Below, in pieces: positions 31,590 through 41,548 of a stretch of DNA of 64,000 nt; the first letter of the stretch is position 1, and the number at the start of each line of letters is the position of its first letter. The position numbers were made by a program, and so were the translations under genes. The DNA lies in NCBI GenBank assembly GCA_965215885.1, contig CBDCEW010000105.1:352001-416000 (forward strand), read 5' to 3'. A model generated the notes under the pieces. That model saw nothing but the letters and a program-made list of their open reading frames with translations, did not search any database and had not been told where the DNA came from. The DNA comes from Candidatus Moanibacter sp. Its GTDB lineage: Bacteria > Verrucomicrobiota > Verrucomicrobiia > Opitutales > UBA2987.

Positions 31590-33697
31590 GTATAGTTGGA
31601 AGCTGTAATGGCCTGTTGCAGATCTTCGGCATCATTGGTGCCGGCGGGAGGAAGTTCCCTATTCTTTTCGGGAGGTGGATCTGTCCATTTCCCTTCGTTC
31701 ACAATTAGTTTGATCAGCTCGTCAACCGCTTTCGCCTCCGGGATATGATAATCCACACAATTTTTCCCAACATAAAGATTCACTTTTCCCGGAGCGCCTC
31801 CCACATATCCGAAATCGGCGTCCGCCATCTCTCCCGGGCCGTTAACGATACAACCCATCACCGCGATGGTGACCCCTTTTAGGTGATTTGTCCTCTCCCT
31901 GATTTGCTGAGTTGTCGACTGCAAGTCGAAGAGTGTCCTTCCACAACTGGGGCAGGCGACGTATTCGGTTTTAGTGATACGAGCACGAGAACCTTGCAAT
32001 ATGTTGTATGCGAGAGCGGTGGCGCGATCCAGGGCCGGTTCTGTTTCAACACTGACGAGGTCTCCGATACCGTCGCATATCAGACTTCCGGTCAATGTAC
32101 CCGCCTCGAGCAGGCGATTTCCAAAATAATCCTTATAGTCGATGGAATTGAGGCGGGTATTCCTTATCCAGATGGGCGCGTCGAATTGCTCTTTATTCAG
32201 AATTTGTGCGAGTTGGCGATAAGTTCCCAAGGGGTGGGTATGCTGGAATGGCTCTGAGCAGGTAAAGAGGAAGTTGACAGATTTCAGCCGCCTAATTACC
32301 GGGGCGAGTGTCCGTAATGCTTCCAATTCGCAATCGAGCGCCAGAACAAGCCCCTTCTCTTCGGCAAGAGAAGCGAACCGGGCGAGTTCATCGGCTTCGT
32401 TGGCGGCGAATTTGCGTAAGATAACCCAACCATTCTCGCATTCCCAGTCAAATTGGCGCAGAACCTCTGCATCGATTCCGCTGTTCAGATTCAATACGAA
32501 AAACCTTATGGACTTGCTCAGCGCCCTTACGAGGGCGGCCAATTCCGGCAGGGAATCGCAATCGTGGAGATCGACCATTAATCCTTCAATTCTCGATTCC
32601 CGCAGGCGTGTATGCGTGCGACGGACTTCCCCGATAATGGCTTCACGCTCTTTAAGAGGATGCCCTGTTTGAACAATAACGCGAGGAGGTTCTCTTGATG
32701 AGATTGCACAATCTGGTCCCAGCACTACCTCATCAATTGATCTCCGGTCGAAACTGAAAGGGTCCAGGTCATCATGTTCGTATGGGGAAATGGTAATTTC
32801 CTCGTGTAATTGCCAGAGCTTCATGGCTTTATCGGCCAGTTCTTCCGCTACGGGGATCTCATTTACCGAATCTTCAGTCAGAGAGACACGGATGGTGTCT
32901 CCCAATCCGTCAAAAAGGAGACTGCCAATCCCAATGGTACTTTTTATGCGCGCATCATCGCCGTCACCCGCTTCCGTTACGCCGAGGTGTAATGGATAGT
33001 CCATCCCCTCACTTTCCATCCTCGAGACGGCCAATCGGTAAGCCTGAATCATGACCTTCGGATTGGAGGCTTTCATGGAAAGGATGATATCTCTGAAGCC
33101 GTGAGATTCGGCGATGCGAATGAACTCGAGAGCGCATTCGACCATACCGAGAGGGGTGTCCCCGTACCGATTCATGATTCTATCTGAGAGTGATCCGTGG
33201 TTTGTGCCTATGCGCATGGATCTTCCCAGCTTCTTGCACCGTTTCACGATGGGAGAAAATGCCTCGTAGAGCCGATCCAGTTCGGCATTGTATTGATCAT
33301 CCGAGTACTCTCGGATATCGAACCGCTTTCGATCCGCATAGTTTCCCGGGTTGATGCGGACCTTTTCGACATGATTCGCTGCTTCCATGGCGACATTCGG
33401 GAGAAAATGGATATCGGCGACCAGCGGGACTTCTATTTTGGCCTCTCGCACCCTGGCGCTTATATCGTGCAAAGCCTTGGCTGCGGTAATATTTTGCGCC
33501 GTGATGCGGACGATTTCACAACCGGCTTCAACGAGAGCGAAGGTCTGCTTGACAGTGGCATCGATATCCTGGGTAGGAGTAGTGGTCATGGACTGGATGC
33601 GGATGGGATTGGAACCACCCACACCGACGTTTCCTACCATGACCTCTCTAGTCTGGCGTCGCTTGGCAATGTAGCGGGATTGGCAATATGGAGACAT
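31586..33697 (-). CDS. ispG: HMBPP synthase IspG, long three-domain form
   Basis: IQSMTTT, PLVADIHF, RINPGN, LHLGVTEAG, ACPSCGR, AVMGCIVNGPGE; large central insertion. Confidence 0.95.
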   Translation of the reverse strand: MSPYCQSRYIAKRRQTREVMVGNVGVGGSNPIRIQSMTTTPTQDIDATVKQTFALVEAGCEIVRITAQNITAAKALHDISARVREAKIEVPLVADIHFLPNVAMEAANHVEKVRINPGNYADRKRFDIREYSDDQYNAELDRLYEAFSPIVKRCKKLGRSMRIGTNHGSLSDRIMNRYGDTPLGMVECALEFIRIAESHGFRDIILSMKASNPKVMIQAYRLAVSRMESEGMDYPLHLGVTEAGDGDDARIKSTIGIGSLLFDGLGDTIRVSLTEDSVNEIPVAEELADKAMKLWQLHEEITISPYEHDDLDPFSFDRRSIDEVVLGPDCAISSREPPRVIVQTGHPLKEREAIIGEVRRTHTRLRESRIEGLMVDLHDCDSLPELAALVRALSKSIRFFVLNLNSGIDAEVLRQFDWECENGWVILRKFAANEADELARFASLAEEKGLVLALDCELEALRTLAPVIRRLKSVNFLFTCSEPFQHTHPLGTYRQLAQILNKEQFDAPIWIRNTRLNSIDYKDYFGNRLLEAGTLTGSLICDGIGDLVSVETEPALDRATALAYNILQGSRARITKTEYVACPSCGRTLFDLQSTTQQIRERTNHLKGVTIAVMGCIVNGPGEMADADFGYVGGAPGKVNLYVGKNCVDYHIPEAKAVDELIKLIVNEGKWTDPPPEKNRELPPAGTNDAEDLQQAITASNYT

Positions 33698-33698
33698 G

Positions 33699-35522
33699 TC
33701 ACTCCTCGGTCGAAGGGCTCGAGTGGAAAACCGGTTGGATATAGAGCGCCTTTTGCAGTTCGTATTGCTTATCGGTTTGGGTGTCGCCCTGCCAACGCCT
33801 GACGTCGAAAAAGCTTACGTATATCATAAGGGAGAAGAGCAGGATCATGAATACACCCTGTGTGGCGGCAATGAGGTTCGGAGGTAGGGCTTTCCCTCTC
33901 AGTTTGGCCAGCGTAGCGAAAGCTATGTGTCCTCCGTCGAGGACGGGTATAGGCAGGAGGTTGATAATCGCGAGATTGATATTAAGGAGGCAAATAAACC
34001 AGAGGACGTGGCGAATGTCGATTTTGGAAAGCTGGTTGATTACGCGAATTATTCCAGGTGGGCCGCTCAGATGGCGAATGCTGATATCGGACTTCGTACT
34101 GATCAGGCTTCCGAGAACCTGAAACGTGGTTGAGACAATTCCACGAAACTGTCGCAGGGGGTCGAGATGTACGACCATTTGCCGGCTTCGAAATTCCGCC
34201 CCGATCATCGGCCTCTCTAGAGAGGGGGTCAAATATGCTTTGGCAGTTCCCAGGATCGGCACAATCTCCGACTCTCCATCGCTCGTCACGGAGATGCTTA
34301 GAGTGCCGTTCGGTTGATCATTAATCGCCGAAATCCAATTCTGCAGCGAGGTCACGGGTAAACCGTTTACACTTTCAAGGGTATCCCCCATATCGAGCCC
34401 TCCGAAAACGAAACCGGTAGGATCTTTCAATCCGTGGATGGTCAGAGTGGAAGTCGAACTGAAATCGGCCGGATCTTCTCCCGAATCGGAATTATATATC
34501 GGCTGGACGGTAAGTTCCGCTTCACGATTCTGATCTCTGATTTCAAGTTTGCCGAGCGGTTTCGTAAACGCCACCGTTTGAGCTGAAAGTTCGAAGTCCA
34601 GAACTTGAGAATCGCGCCGAATGTTCAATGTAAAGGGCTCGGGACCAACTTTCCCCAGAAAATCGATCAGACTGGCAAGTGAATAGAGTTTTTCGCCATC
34701 AACCGCGAGTACGGTATCATCAACCCTCAAGCCGGCGTTTTCAGCGGGGGAGTGCTCTTCGACACTCCTTACAATAAGAGAATGGGAGGGACGGATCCCC
34801 ACCAGTCTGATGCGTTCACCGGAAACGGGATTGATTTCGGTGAGGCGTGGAAATACTTCGATTTCGACTATATTGTCATCGCGCTCAATCGTAAAGACAG
34901 CACTTGGATTTCCTTCCGCATCTCTACCCGATCCGGTAATCAATGTATGTGTTAATTCGGGAAAGTTAGAGACCTTTCTGCCGTCGATCTTCAAAATTTT
35001 GTCTCCGGGTTTCAGGCCGGCGGCGTAGGCCGGAGCCTCCACTTCCGTCTCCCCATCGATTGTCAGAGTCTTACTTACGTAGCCTATGACTGTTGTTTGC
35101 GCCTCTTCGCTGGACGGCTGGCCAAAGGCCCAAAGGATGCAAGCGATGAAGAAGGCGAATAGAACGTTAAATACGGCTCCCATAACCGCTACAATTACTT
35201 TATCGCGGTAGCTAATGGGGGGGAGCGGCTCCTCCTCGGAAGCTTCCTGCCCTCCTTCGATTGCGCCCATATCCGCTAGCTGAGGAAGCGCTACGTAGCC
35301 GCCGAAAGGAATGGCGGATAATCGATAATCGACTCCATCTCTCTTCCAGGAGAGGATCTTCGGCCCAAAACCAATGGAAAATCGCTCGATCTTAAGTCCT
35401 CTTTTCCTGGCGGCCAGGAAATGTCCTAATTCGTGGACAAAGATGGAACCACCAAAGAGGACAATGATAAGAAATATCGACCAGGTGTTGGAAAAGAGAA
35501 TGTTAATCAGTTGAGGATCCAT
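33699..35522 (-). CDS. rseP: RIP metalloprotease RseP with multiple PDZ domains
   Basis: FVHELGHF, FSIGFGP, NLLPIPVLDGG. Confidence 0.93.
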   Translation of the reverse strand: MDPQLINILFSNTWSIFLIIVLFGGSIFVHELGHFLAARKRGLKIERFSIGFGPKILSWKRDGVDYRLSAIPFGGYVALPQLADMGAIEGGQEASEEEPLPPISYRDKVIVAVMGAVFNVLFAFFIACILWAFGQPSSEEAQTTVIGYVSKTLTIDGETEVEAPAYAAGLKPGDKILKIDGRKVSNFPELTHTLITGSGRDAEGNPSAVFTIERDDNIVEIEVFPRLTEINPVSGERIRLVGIRPSHSLIVRSVEEHSPAENAGLRVDDTVLAVDGEKLYSLASLIDFLGKVGPEPFTLNIRRDSQVLDFELSAQTVAFTKPLGKLEIRDQNREAELTVQPIYNSDSGEDPADFSSTSTLTIHGLKDPTGFVFGGLDMGDTLESVNGLPVTSLQNWISAINDQPNGTLSISVTSDGESEIVPILGTAKAYLTPSLERPMIGAEFRSRQMVVHLDPLRQFRGIVSTTFQVLGSLISTKSDISIRHLSGPPGIIRVINQLSKIDIRHVLWFICLLNINLAIINLLPIPVLDGGHIAFATLAKLRGKALPPNLIAATQGVFMILLFSLMIYVSFFDVRRWQGDTQTDKQYELQKALYIQPVFHSSPSTEE

Positions 35523-36681
35523 GAGACGGGATGGTACTCTCCGCGATTTCCCGCGCGGAAGAATCTGCTTCCATTATGAAATCTAGGGACGGCGGATCAA
35601 CGTTTGAAATTTTGGAGAGTGTCTCCGCAATAACCGCACTGATTGCCGGATAACCGATACGAAAGTCCAAGAAAGCAGAAACGGCAACTTCATTAGCAGC
35701 ATTAAATGTGGTTGGCGCAATACCGCCCGCTTCGAGGGCCTCGCGCGCGAGCCGAAGACAAGGGAACCGTTCCATTGAGGGTGGTTCAAATTCCAGCTTC
35801 CAGTATTCAGCAAAATCCAACGATTCTTCAACACCCGTTGTGCGATGTGGATACATGAGCGCATTCTGAATGGCGAAGGTCATGGATGGAGGGGACAATT
35901 GAGCGAGGATAGAACCGTCAACATACTCGACCATTGAATGTATAATGCTCTGAGGGTGAACCACGACGTCGATCTGATCCGACTCAAGCCCGAAGAGCCA
36001 TCTCGCTTCAATGAGTTCCAATCCCTTATTGGCCATGGTGGAAGAATCAACCGTGATTTTTGTGCCCATCGACCAGTTCGGGTGCCGAACCGCATCCTTG
36101 GGCTTCACATTGTTCATTTGTTCTCTGGTGTATTCGCGAAAGGGTCCGCCTGATGCCGTAAGGATGATACGTTTGACCTCATTCCTTTCTCCGCCTTGCA
36201 GGCACTGAAAAATGGCATTGTGTTCACTATCTACAGGTAGGATACTGACTCCATTCTCCTGCGCCGCCGCGGTGACGAATTTTCCGGCCATGACGAGGAC
36301 TTCCTTGCTGGCCAGAGCGATATCCTTGCCCGAGCGGATTGCGGCAAGGCTTGGTTCCAGACCGGTGGTTCCGACAATGCCGATCACTACGATGTCGGCA
36401 TCAGGCATCGATGCTAATTTCGTCAGGCCATCCAATCCCGGCAATGGTTCAACGCCACTTCCCAGGCAACCCGAAGCTTTCGCCTTTTGGCAGGCTGACT
36501 CGTCGAATATGGCGACATTTCCGAGGTCAAATTCCCGGGCGATTTTTCCGAGTTTTTCATAGCGTGAATTTCCCGCGATGCCGACCAGTTCAAGGTGGTC
36601 GGAATTCGCCCTGATCACCTTCAGAGTATTCTCACCTATAGAGCCGGTAGCTCCTAACAGAACGATTCGCTTACGCTTCAT
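35503..36681 (-). CDS. dxr: 1-deoxy-D-xylulose-5-phosphate reductoisomerase
   Basis: LGATGSIG, LPVDSEHNAIFQ, LTASGGPF, HPNWSMG. Confidence 0.97.
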   Translation of the reverse strand: MKRKRIVLLGATGSIGENTLKVIRANSDHLELVGIAGNSRYEKLGKIAREFDLGNVAIFDESACQKAKASGCLGSGVEPLPGLDGLTKLASMPDADIVVIGIVGTTGLEPSLAAIRSGKDIALASKEVLVMAGKFVTAAAQENGVSILPVDSEHNAIFQCLQGGERNEVKRIILTASGGPFREYTREQMNNVKPKDAVRHPNWSMGTKITVDSSTMANKGLELIEARWLFGLESDQIDVVVHPQSIIHSMVEYVDGSILAQLSPPSMTFAIQNALMYPHRTTGVEESLDFAEYWKLEFEPPSMERFPCLRLAREALEAGGIAPTTFNAANEVAVSAFLDFRIGYPAISAVIAETLSKISNVDPPSLDFIMEADSSAREIAESTIPSHGSSTD

Positions 36682-36687
36682 GGCGCG

Positions 36688-37503
36688 TTAATCAATAACG
36701 ATATATTTGAGAATCAGGTAGCCTAGAGGGCTGCAGAAAAGAATGCTGTCGACAAGATCCAGAGCGCCCCCGATACCGGGGATCAGTCTGGCCGAGTCCT
36801 TTTGCCCGGATAGACGTTTTATGATCGATTCGACCAGATCGGAGAGAATGGCGACAGCGGAGAGGGGAATGACGGCAACAACCGCTTTCCATAGATTGAA
36901 CGATGGCGGCAAATAGAGCCGAAAGGCCCAGACAAAGAGAGCAGTTACGACGGCCGCCAGGAGTAGGCCGCCGATGGCCCCTTCCCAAGTCTTATGGGGA
37001 CTCACCGCGCTGGCAAGTTTGTGTCGGCCGATCATGGAACCGACCAGAAGACCTCCGACATCCGTAAACTTTGCTGCCACGATTATCCACACTGCAAGGA
37101 GTACTCCAGCTTGTTCGGAAACGGGAAGGTGGTGGAGGGTCAGAATGAGAAATTTCAGAAGGAATGGCACATAGAGGATGCCGAAGAGGGTAGCTATTGC
37201 TCGAGAAAAGGCATTAAGCTTATTCCCTGCCGCCAAAACCATACCGCAGGAGAGGAGGATTGCGAGAAATAATATCGGGACTTCGGGTGTATAGTAGGCG
37301 GAAATAACGACCAGGACTCCGATAAACAGGCCTGTTCTTCGATTTGAGGGGTGACCGAATCTATGGAGAAGCGAGTAAAGTTCGTTCTGTGAGAATAACG
37401 TGAGTAATACGACCAAAATTAGTCCGGCCAAACGGCCAAAGAGCACTAACGATAGGATGATGATAGCCCAGAGGCCTGTCGTGCTTAAGAATCGTTGAAT
37501 CAC
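36688..37503 (-). CDS. cdsA: Phosphatidate cytidylyltransferase
   Basis: SPHKTWEG, DLVESIIKR, IPGIGGALDLVDS; sits between uppS and dxr. Confidence 0.92.
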   Translation of the reverse strand: MIQRFLSTTGLWAIIILSLVLFGRLAGLILVVLLTLFSQNELYSLLHRFGHPSNRRTGLFIGVLVVISAYYTPEVPILFLAILLSCGMVLAAGNKLNAFSRAIATLFGILYVPFLLKFLILTLHHLPVSEQAGVLLAVWIIVAAKFTDVGGLLVGSMIGRHKLASAVSPHKTWEGAIGGLLLAAVVTALFVWAFRLYLPPSFNLWKAVVAVIPLSAVAILSDLVESIIKRLSGQKDSARLIPGIGGALDLVDSILFCSPLGYLILKYIVID

Positions 37504-38291
37504 CGATTGAGGATAGGCTCAGAGTGAGGCCGCCTGACCTGTTCCCCTGTTTTCCCGAAGCGGCGTTCCCTCTGCTTATAACACTCGATCGCGTCGTAAA
37601 AATCCTCGGGTCCGAATTCCGGCCAGAATTTCGGAGTGAAATAAAACTCGGAATAGGCTCCCTGAAGGAGGAGGAAATTACTCAGTCTCGATTCACCCGA
37701 TGTCCGTATGATCAGGTCTGGATCCGGAATGTCATGAGTGTAGAGAAAGCGACTGAATTCTTTCCAGTCCAGCGTATCAGGATCTACTCTACCTTCAATC
37801 CGAGCTCTGGCGTAGGCCTTGACAGCATCGACGATTTCGGTGCGGGCTCCATAATTCAAAGCGAGCACAAAAGTCCAGTTATTGTAATGGGCAGTTGCCT
37901 GAACTGTTTCCTGAAGTATACGTTGGACTCTTCCCGGCAGTTCTCCAATCCGTCCGATGACCTTTAGACGGATGTTATTCTTATGCAGCTCTTCCACCTG
38001 GCTGGCCAAAAAATGTTCGAGCAGCTCCATGAGCAGACCGACCTCTTCCTCGGGGCGATTCCAATTTTCGACCGAGAAAGCGTAGACCGTGAGGTAATGA
38101 ATTCCGGATTCTCCCGCGCAGCGAACAATTCTCCTCACATTTTCCACACCTTGTCTGTGACCTTCGTTTCGTGGTAGACCACGCTTCAGCGCCCACCGTC
38201 CATTTCCATCCATAATGATGGCGACATGAGTGGGCGTCTTTCCAGAAGCAAGATTTTCGTCTTCTTTCACAGTTACATCTTTACCTGACAT
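37500..38291 (-). CDS. uppS: Undecaprenyl diphosphate synthase
   Basis: HVAIIMDGNGRWA, YAFSVENWNRP, IRTSGESRLSNFLL. Confidence 0.96.
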   Translation of the reverse strand: MSGKDVTVKEDENLASGKTPTHVAIIMDGNGRWALKRGLPRNEGHRQGVENVRRIVRCAGESGIHYLTVYAFSVENWNRPEEEVGLLMELLEHFLASQVEELHKNNIRLKVIGRIGELPGRVQRILQETVQATAHYNNWTFVLALNYGARTEIVDAVKAYARARIEGRVDPDTLDWKEFSRFLYTHDIPDPDLIIRTSGESRLSNFLLLQGAYSEFYFTPKFWPEFGPEDFYDAIECYKQRERRFGKTGEQVRRPHSEPILNR

Positions 38292-38332
38292 AAGTATTGA
38301 AAAAATCTAAAAAGGCAAAATCAAAAGCTAGG

Positions 38333-38437
38333 CTAGGAATCTGTCGGACTTCGCTTTGCGATATTGCGGTGCGCTGGATCTATCCGGGTCACAGCATTCG
38401 TGGTTCGCGGTCGATTCCATCACCGACATCTTCCTAA
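38333..38437. repeat. CTAG-family MITE copy upstream of uppS
   Basis: CTAGGAATCTGTCGGAC left end; degenerate right end CCGACATCTTCCTAA. Confidence 0.6.
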
Positions 38438-38827
38438 ACCGTTCTGCCCGGGACAGATACGTGTTTAGCGTGATGCCTTCGATTACCGGCTGCCCCGGTC
38501 TTGTGCCCATAATTACGAAATTGGGTTGGAGAACCCAAAGTAAATGTTATTCAGGCACTTGCAAGATTCTATTGATTACATAGTATGCCAGAATGGAGTT
38601 TCAACGATTGTTGTGTGTGGGTTCGTTAGAGGTAGAGAGCTTTTCCTGCAGGTTTGTTTTCAGTTAGAAACTTGTTGAGTATTAATCAGTTACAAAAGCG
38701 CTTTGAACGGGGAGTTGATTTCTGGTGGCAATTGAGTAGAAGCGAAGGGAGCTGGAGAAAGTTGGTATTGGCATTGTATGTAAAATAGAGTTTGCAGTTT
38801 TGCCTCCTTTCCATACTGTGCCGGTGC

Positions 38828-39529
38828 ATGCAAGAAGAGCTTTCGCGTAAAGAGAGGGAGGTGGTCGAAGCGGTACGGCGGGATCGGGTAAGCACGGTGT
38901 GGAGGCTGATGAAGGAGCAGAGGGTGTCGCGGCGAACGGTCTATCGGGCTTTGCAAAAATATGGCCATTACTCCAGTTACAATGCCAATTGTGGCTACCT
39001 GAGCTTGAAAGACATTCCGCGCTTTGACGGGGCCGGTTTGTGGCGTTTTCGCAAGGGGCGCTTTTCGCGCCACGGCACCTTGGAGGAGACCGTGGAGGCG
39101 GTGGTGGGAGCTTCGCTTTGCGGCTACACGGTGGCTGAGTTGGAGACCCTCCTTGGGGTACGGGTGCACAACCCCATAAGCGTGCTTTGTAGAAAGAAGC
39201 GGTTGAGTCGATACTATGAAGGGCGTCACTGCGTGTATGTCTCGGCCGGGGAACAGGGCGGGGCCGAACAGAAAAAGCGGCGGCAAGGGCGAAGAACAGC
39301 GGCACAAGTTCAGGCAGGGGACCCCGGGGGCGCTTTGCAGGCAGCTCCCGAAGGGCTCGAAACGATGGTCGTGATCGCTTTGCTGGTCGCCTGTATCGGC
39401 CATCCCGAGGCCGGGGTCAAGGAGCTTGTCGAGCTTATGCAAGAGCAGGGAGTAGAGCTGAGCGGGGAGCAAATTGAGCGGGTGATGGCGTTTTACTCGC
39501 TCAAAAAAAAACCGGACCGATCGCGGTAG
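38828..39529 (+). CDS. Transposon ORF-A, putative DNA-binding N-terminal part of the transposase
   Basis: HTH-like VSRRTVYRALQK, basic; ends YSLKKK over an A9 run; start taken at ATG 38828. Confidence 0.7.
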   Translation: MQEELSRKEREVVEAVRRDRVSTVWRLMKEQRVSRRTVYRALQKYGHYSSYNANCGYLSLKDIPRFDGAGLWRFRKGRFSRHGTLEETVEAVVGASLCGYTVAELETLLGVRVHNPISVLCRKKRLSRYYEGRHCVYVSAGEQGGAEQKKRRQGRRTAAQVQAGDPGGALQAAPEGLETMVVIALLVACIGHPEAGVKELVELMQEQGVELSGEQIERVMAFYSLKKKPDRSR

Positions 39530-39546
39530 CGGAGCTGTTACATGAT

Positions 39547-41364
39547 TTGCGGGCAGAGGCTGAACGGGCCCTGCAAACGGTGGGGGCTGTGCCTGCGCAA
39601 ACGAGTTATCGCTTCGATGCCCGGGAGGACGAAGAGGGTCCTTCAGAGGTGCGCAAGACCCTGCGCCGCAAGGTGGTCAGTTTCTCCTATGGATGCTTCC
39701 AGGCGGTGGAAGTTGTGCGCGAGCAGGGGCAAGGGAGCCACCGCAACAGCTACCGTTCTGCTCGCCTGGAACAGATCGTGCCCTCGCATAGTCGCTACGC
39801 TTACGATCTGATTGCCTATGTGGGCAAGCGATGTTTGTGCGAAAGCGCCACCCTCAAAGAGGTGCACAGGGAACTGCGCGAGGGCCCGGGGCAGCTGCAG
39901 ATTGCTCAAAGCAGCCTCTATGAGATGCAGCAGAAGTTTCTTTTTTATCTGGGTCGGCTGCACGCCGCGGCCGCTCCGGTGCTTAAAGATTACCTGAGCG
40001 CTCGCCCTTGCCTGCGCTGGCTGGTGGATGGGACCGTGGAACCGCAGACGCCGGTTTTCTTCGCTGTTCAGGAAGCCGACGAAGGGATCCTTTTGGGCAG
40101 CTGGAAAATGCCTTCCGAACAGAGCGAAACGATCAGTGGCTGTTTTGCCCGGGCGGCCCGGGCTTTTGGCCAACCCCACCATGTCTATCATGATTTAAGC
40201 GCTCAGATCAGCAAGGCCTGCGAGAGCGAAACCTTCCAGGCCCCCCATGGCGTCTGCCATTATCATTTCGCCCGCAATGTGGGCGAACAGCTTTATCGAA
40301 AACCCCAGCAGATGCTCAACGGGCGCTTGCGGCAATTGAAGCTCATGGAGCGCATGCGCGAGCAACGCAAACACATCACCGCAAAGCTCCGTGACGCCCT
40401 CCGTGAAAAACACGCCCTCGTCCTGGCCGATTTGCTCACCGCCAAAGCGCTCGCAGTGCCCTTCGATCCCACCCTTGCACGGGAACTGCTCATGGCCCTG
40501 CAATTGTGGATTTTGGATTATCCCTGCGACGGTCACCGCCAGGGCTTTCCCTTCGATCCTTACCTGCTTTATTGGCATCGGCGGGTCGTGCGCGCCCATG
40601 CCGCCCTGGAGCAGTGGCTTGCCCGCGCTCCTGCCAGTTGCTCTGTTCTGCGAAGCTTCTTTCATCTTTCGACCGGGTTGAAGCAGTATCTGGCTGATGC
40701 CCTCGTCATCGAAGCCGCTACTATCTATGAAAACGCTTTTTGCATTTTCAGCGCTTTGCGCGATGCCCTTTGGCTCAGCGCCAGCGGCCCCTGCCCTTTA
40801 AGCGACCCTTATCTGTTGCAAGCAGGACAAGCCGCTGAGCTCACCGAGGCTCTCCAGTTGCTGCGTGCCCAATATCGCCAAAAAGGCGCCTCCCTGACCA
40901 ACCCCTCGAAAGCCAAACTCTACCGCACCGTGGTCACTCATCTGGACAAATACTGGCAGCGGCTGCTTCCCCCACCGGCCCATCCAGACAGCGTACGCAC
41001 GACCAATGAGCTGGAAGGCACCTGGCGCACCTCCAAGCGCAAACGCCGTCAAACCCACGGGCGCAAAAATCTGACGCGCGACTTTGAAGCGCTCCCCGAA
41101 GAATACATGCTCCTGGCCAACTTACACAATCCCCGCTATGTGGAGCTGGTTTTAGGCAGTATCGATAATCTGCCCCAAAAGCTTGCCCAGGCTGCACAGA
41201 AAGCACCCCCCTTCAGTCACTGGCGGGCGAACAGAAAAACCCTCGCCGTGGGTCGATTGCCCAAAAAGCTCCTGCGAAAAGAAAACTTCCTTGAGGAACT
41301 CTTCGAAGTCTGTAATCGCCAGGATCAATCCTTAAACCCGCAACCCCATCGGATTGCCTCCTGA
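39547..41364 (+). CDS. Transposon ORF-B, DDE transposase catalytic part (Mutator-like)
   Basis: WLVDGT (D), VYHDLS (D), CHYHF (CxxH), RTTNELEGTWRTSKRKRR (E); frame open from 39478; only a TTG start. Confidence 0.78.
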   Translation: MRAEAERALQTVGAVPAQTSYRFDAREDEEGPSEVRKTLRRKVVSFSYGCFQAVEVVREQGQGSHRNSYRSARLEQIVPSHSRYAYDLIAYVGKRCLCESATLKEVHRELREGPGQLQIAQSSLYEMQQKFLFYLGRLHAAAAPVLKDYLSARPCLRWLVDGTVEPQTPVFFAVQEADEGILLGSWKMPSEQSETISGCFARAARAFGQPHHVYHDLSAQISKACESETFQAPHGVCHYHFARNVGEQLYRKPQQMLNGRLRQLKLMERMREQRKHITAKLRDALREKHALVLADLLTAKALAVPFDPTLARELLMALQLWILDYPCDGHRQGFPFDPYLLYWHRRVVRAHAALEQWLARAPASCSVLRSFFHLSTGLKQYLADALVIEAATIYENAFCIFSALRDALWLSASGPCPLSDPYLLQAGQAAELTEALQLLRAQYRQKGASLTNPSKAKLYRTVVTHLDKYWQRLLPPPAHPDSVRTTNELEGTWRTSKRKRRQTHGRKNLTRDFEALPEEYMLLANLHNPRYVELVLGSIDNLPQKLAQAAQKAPPFSHWRANRKTLAVGRLPKKLLRKENFLEELFEVCNRQDQSLNPQPHRIAS

Positions 41365-41426
41365 CAACGACTCCAGTGCCCTCCCTCTGCTCCCCATTTT
41401 CTTCATGCTCTAACCAGAGAACTCCA

Positions 41427-41442
41427 CGCAATTTGCGTGCCA
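41427..41442 (-). promoter_or_regulatory. Near-consensus sigma-54 motif facing into the transposon
   Basis: Minus strand TGGCACGCAAATTGCG. Confidence 0.4.
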
Positions 41443-41548
41443 ACCGAAATTCAGAACGATGGGCACAAGACCGGGGCAGCCAGCAATCAAAGGCTCACTA
41501 AACACGTACCGCGATTTGCCATCCAGGCTCCTAGACCGCATTCTCAGT

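Larger units (their letters stand above)
38458..41508 (+). mobile_element. Two-ORF Mutator-like (IS256-superfamily-like) transposon bracketed by ~70-bp imperfect inverted repeats
   Basis: IR arms at 38458-38529 and 41440-41508 share TACGTGTTTAG and GGCTGCCCCGGTCTTGTGCCCAT; no target duplication found, so the true ends are uncertain. Confidence 0.7.

Noticed and set aside
38690..39472. 260-aa antisense ORF over transposon ORF-A
   Set aside because: No recognisable motif; the plus-strand ORF fits the transposase organisation
38586..41366. TGCCAGAAT.../...CTCCTGACA as the true transposon termini
   Set aside because: Only about 10 of 18 positions match and there is no flanking target duplication
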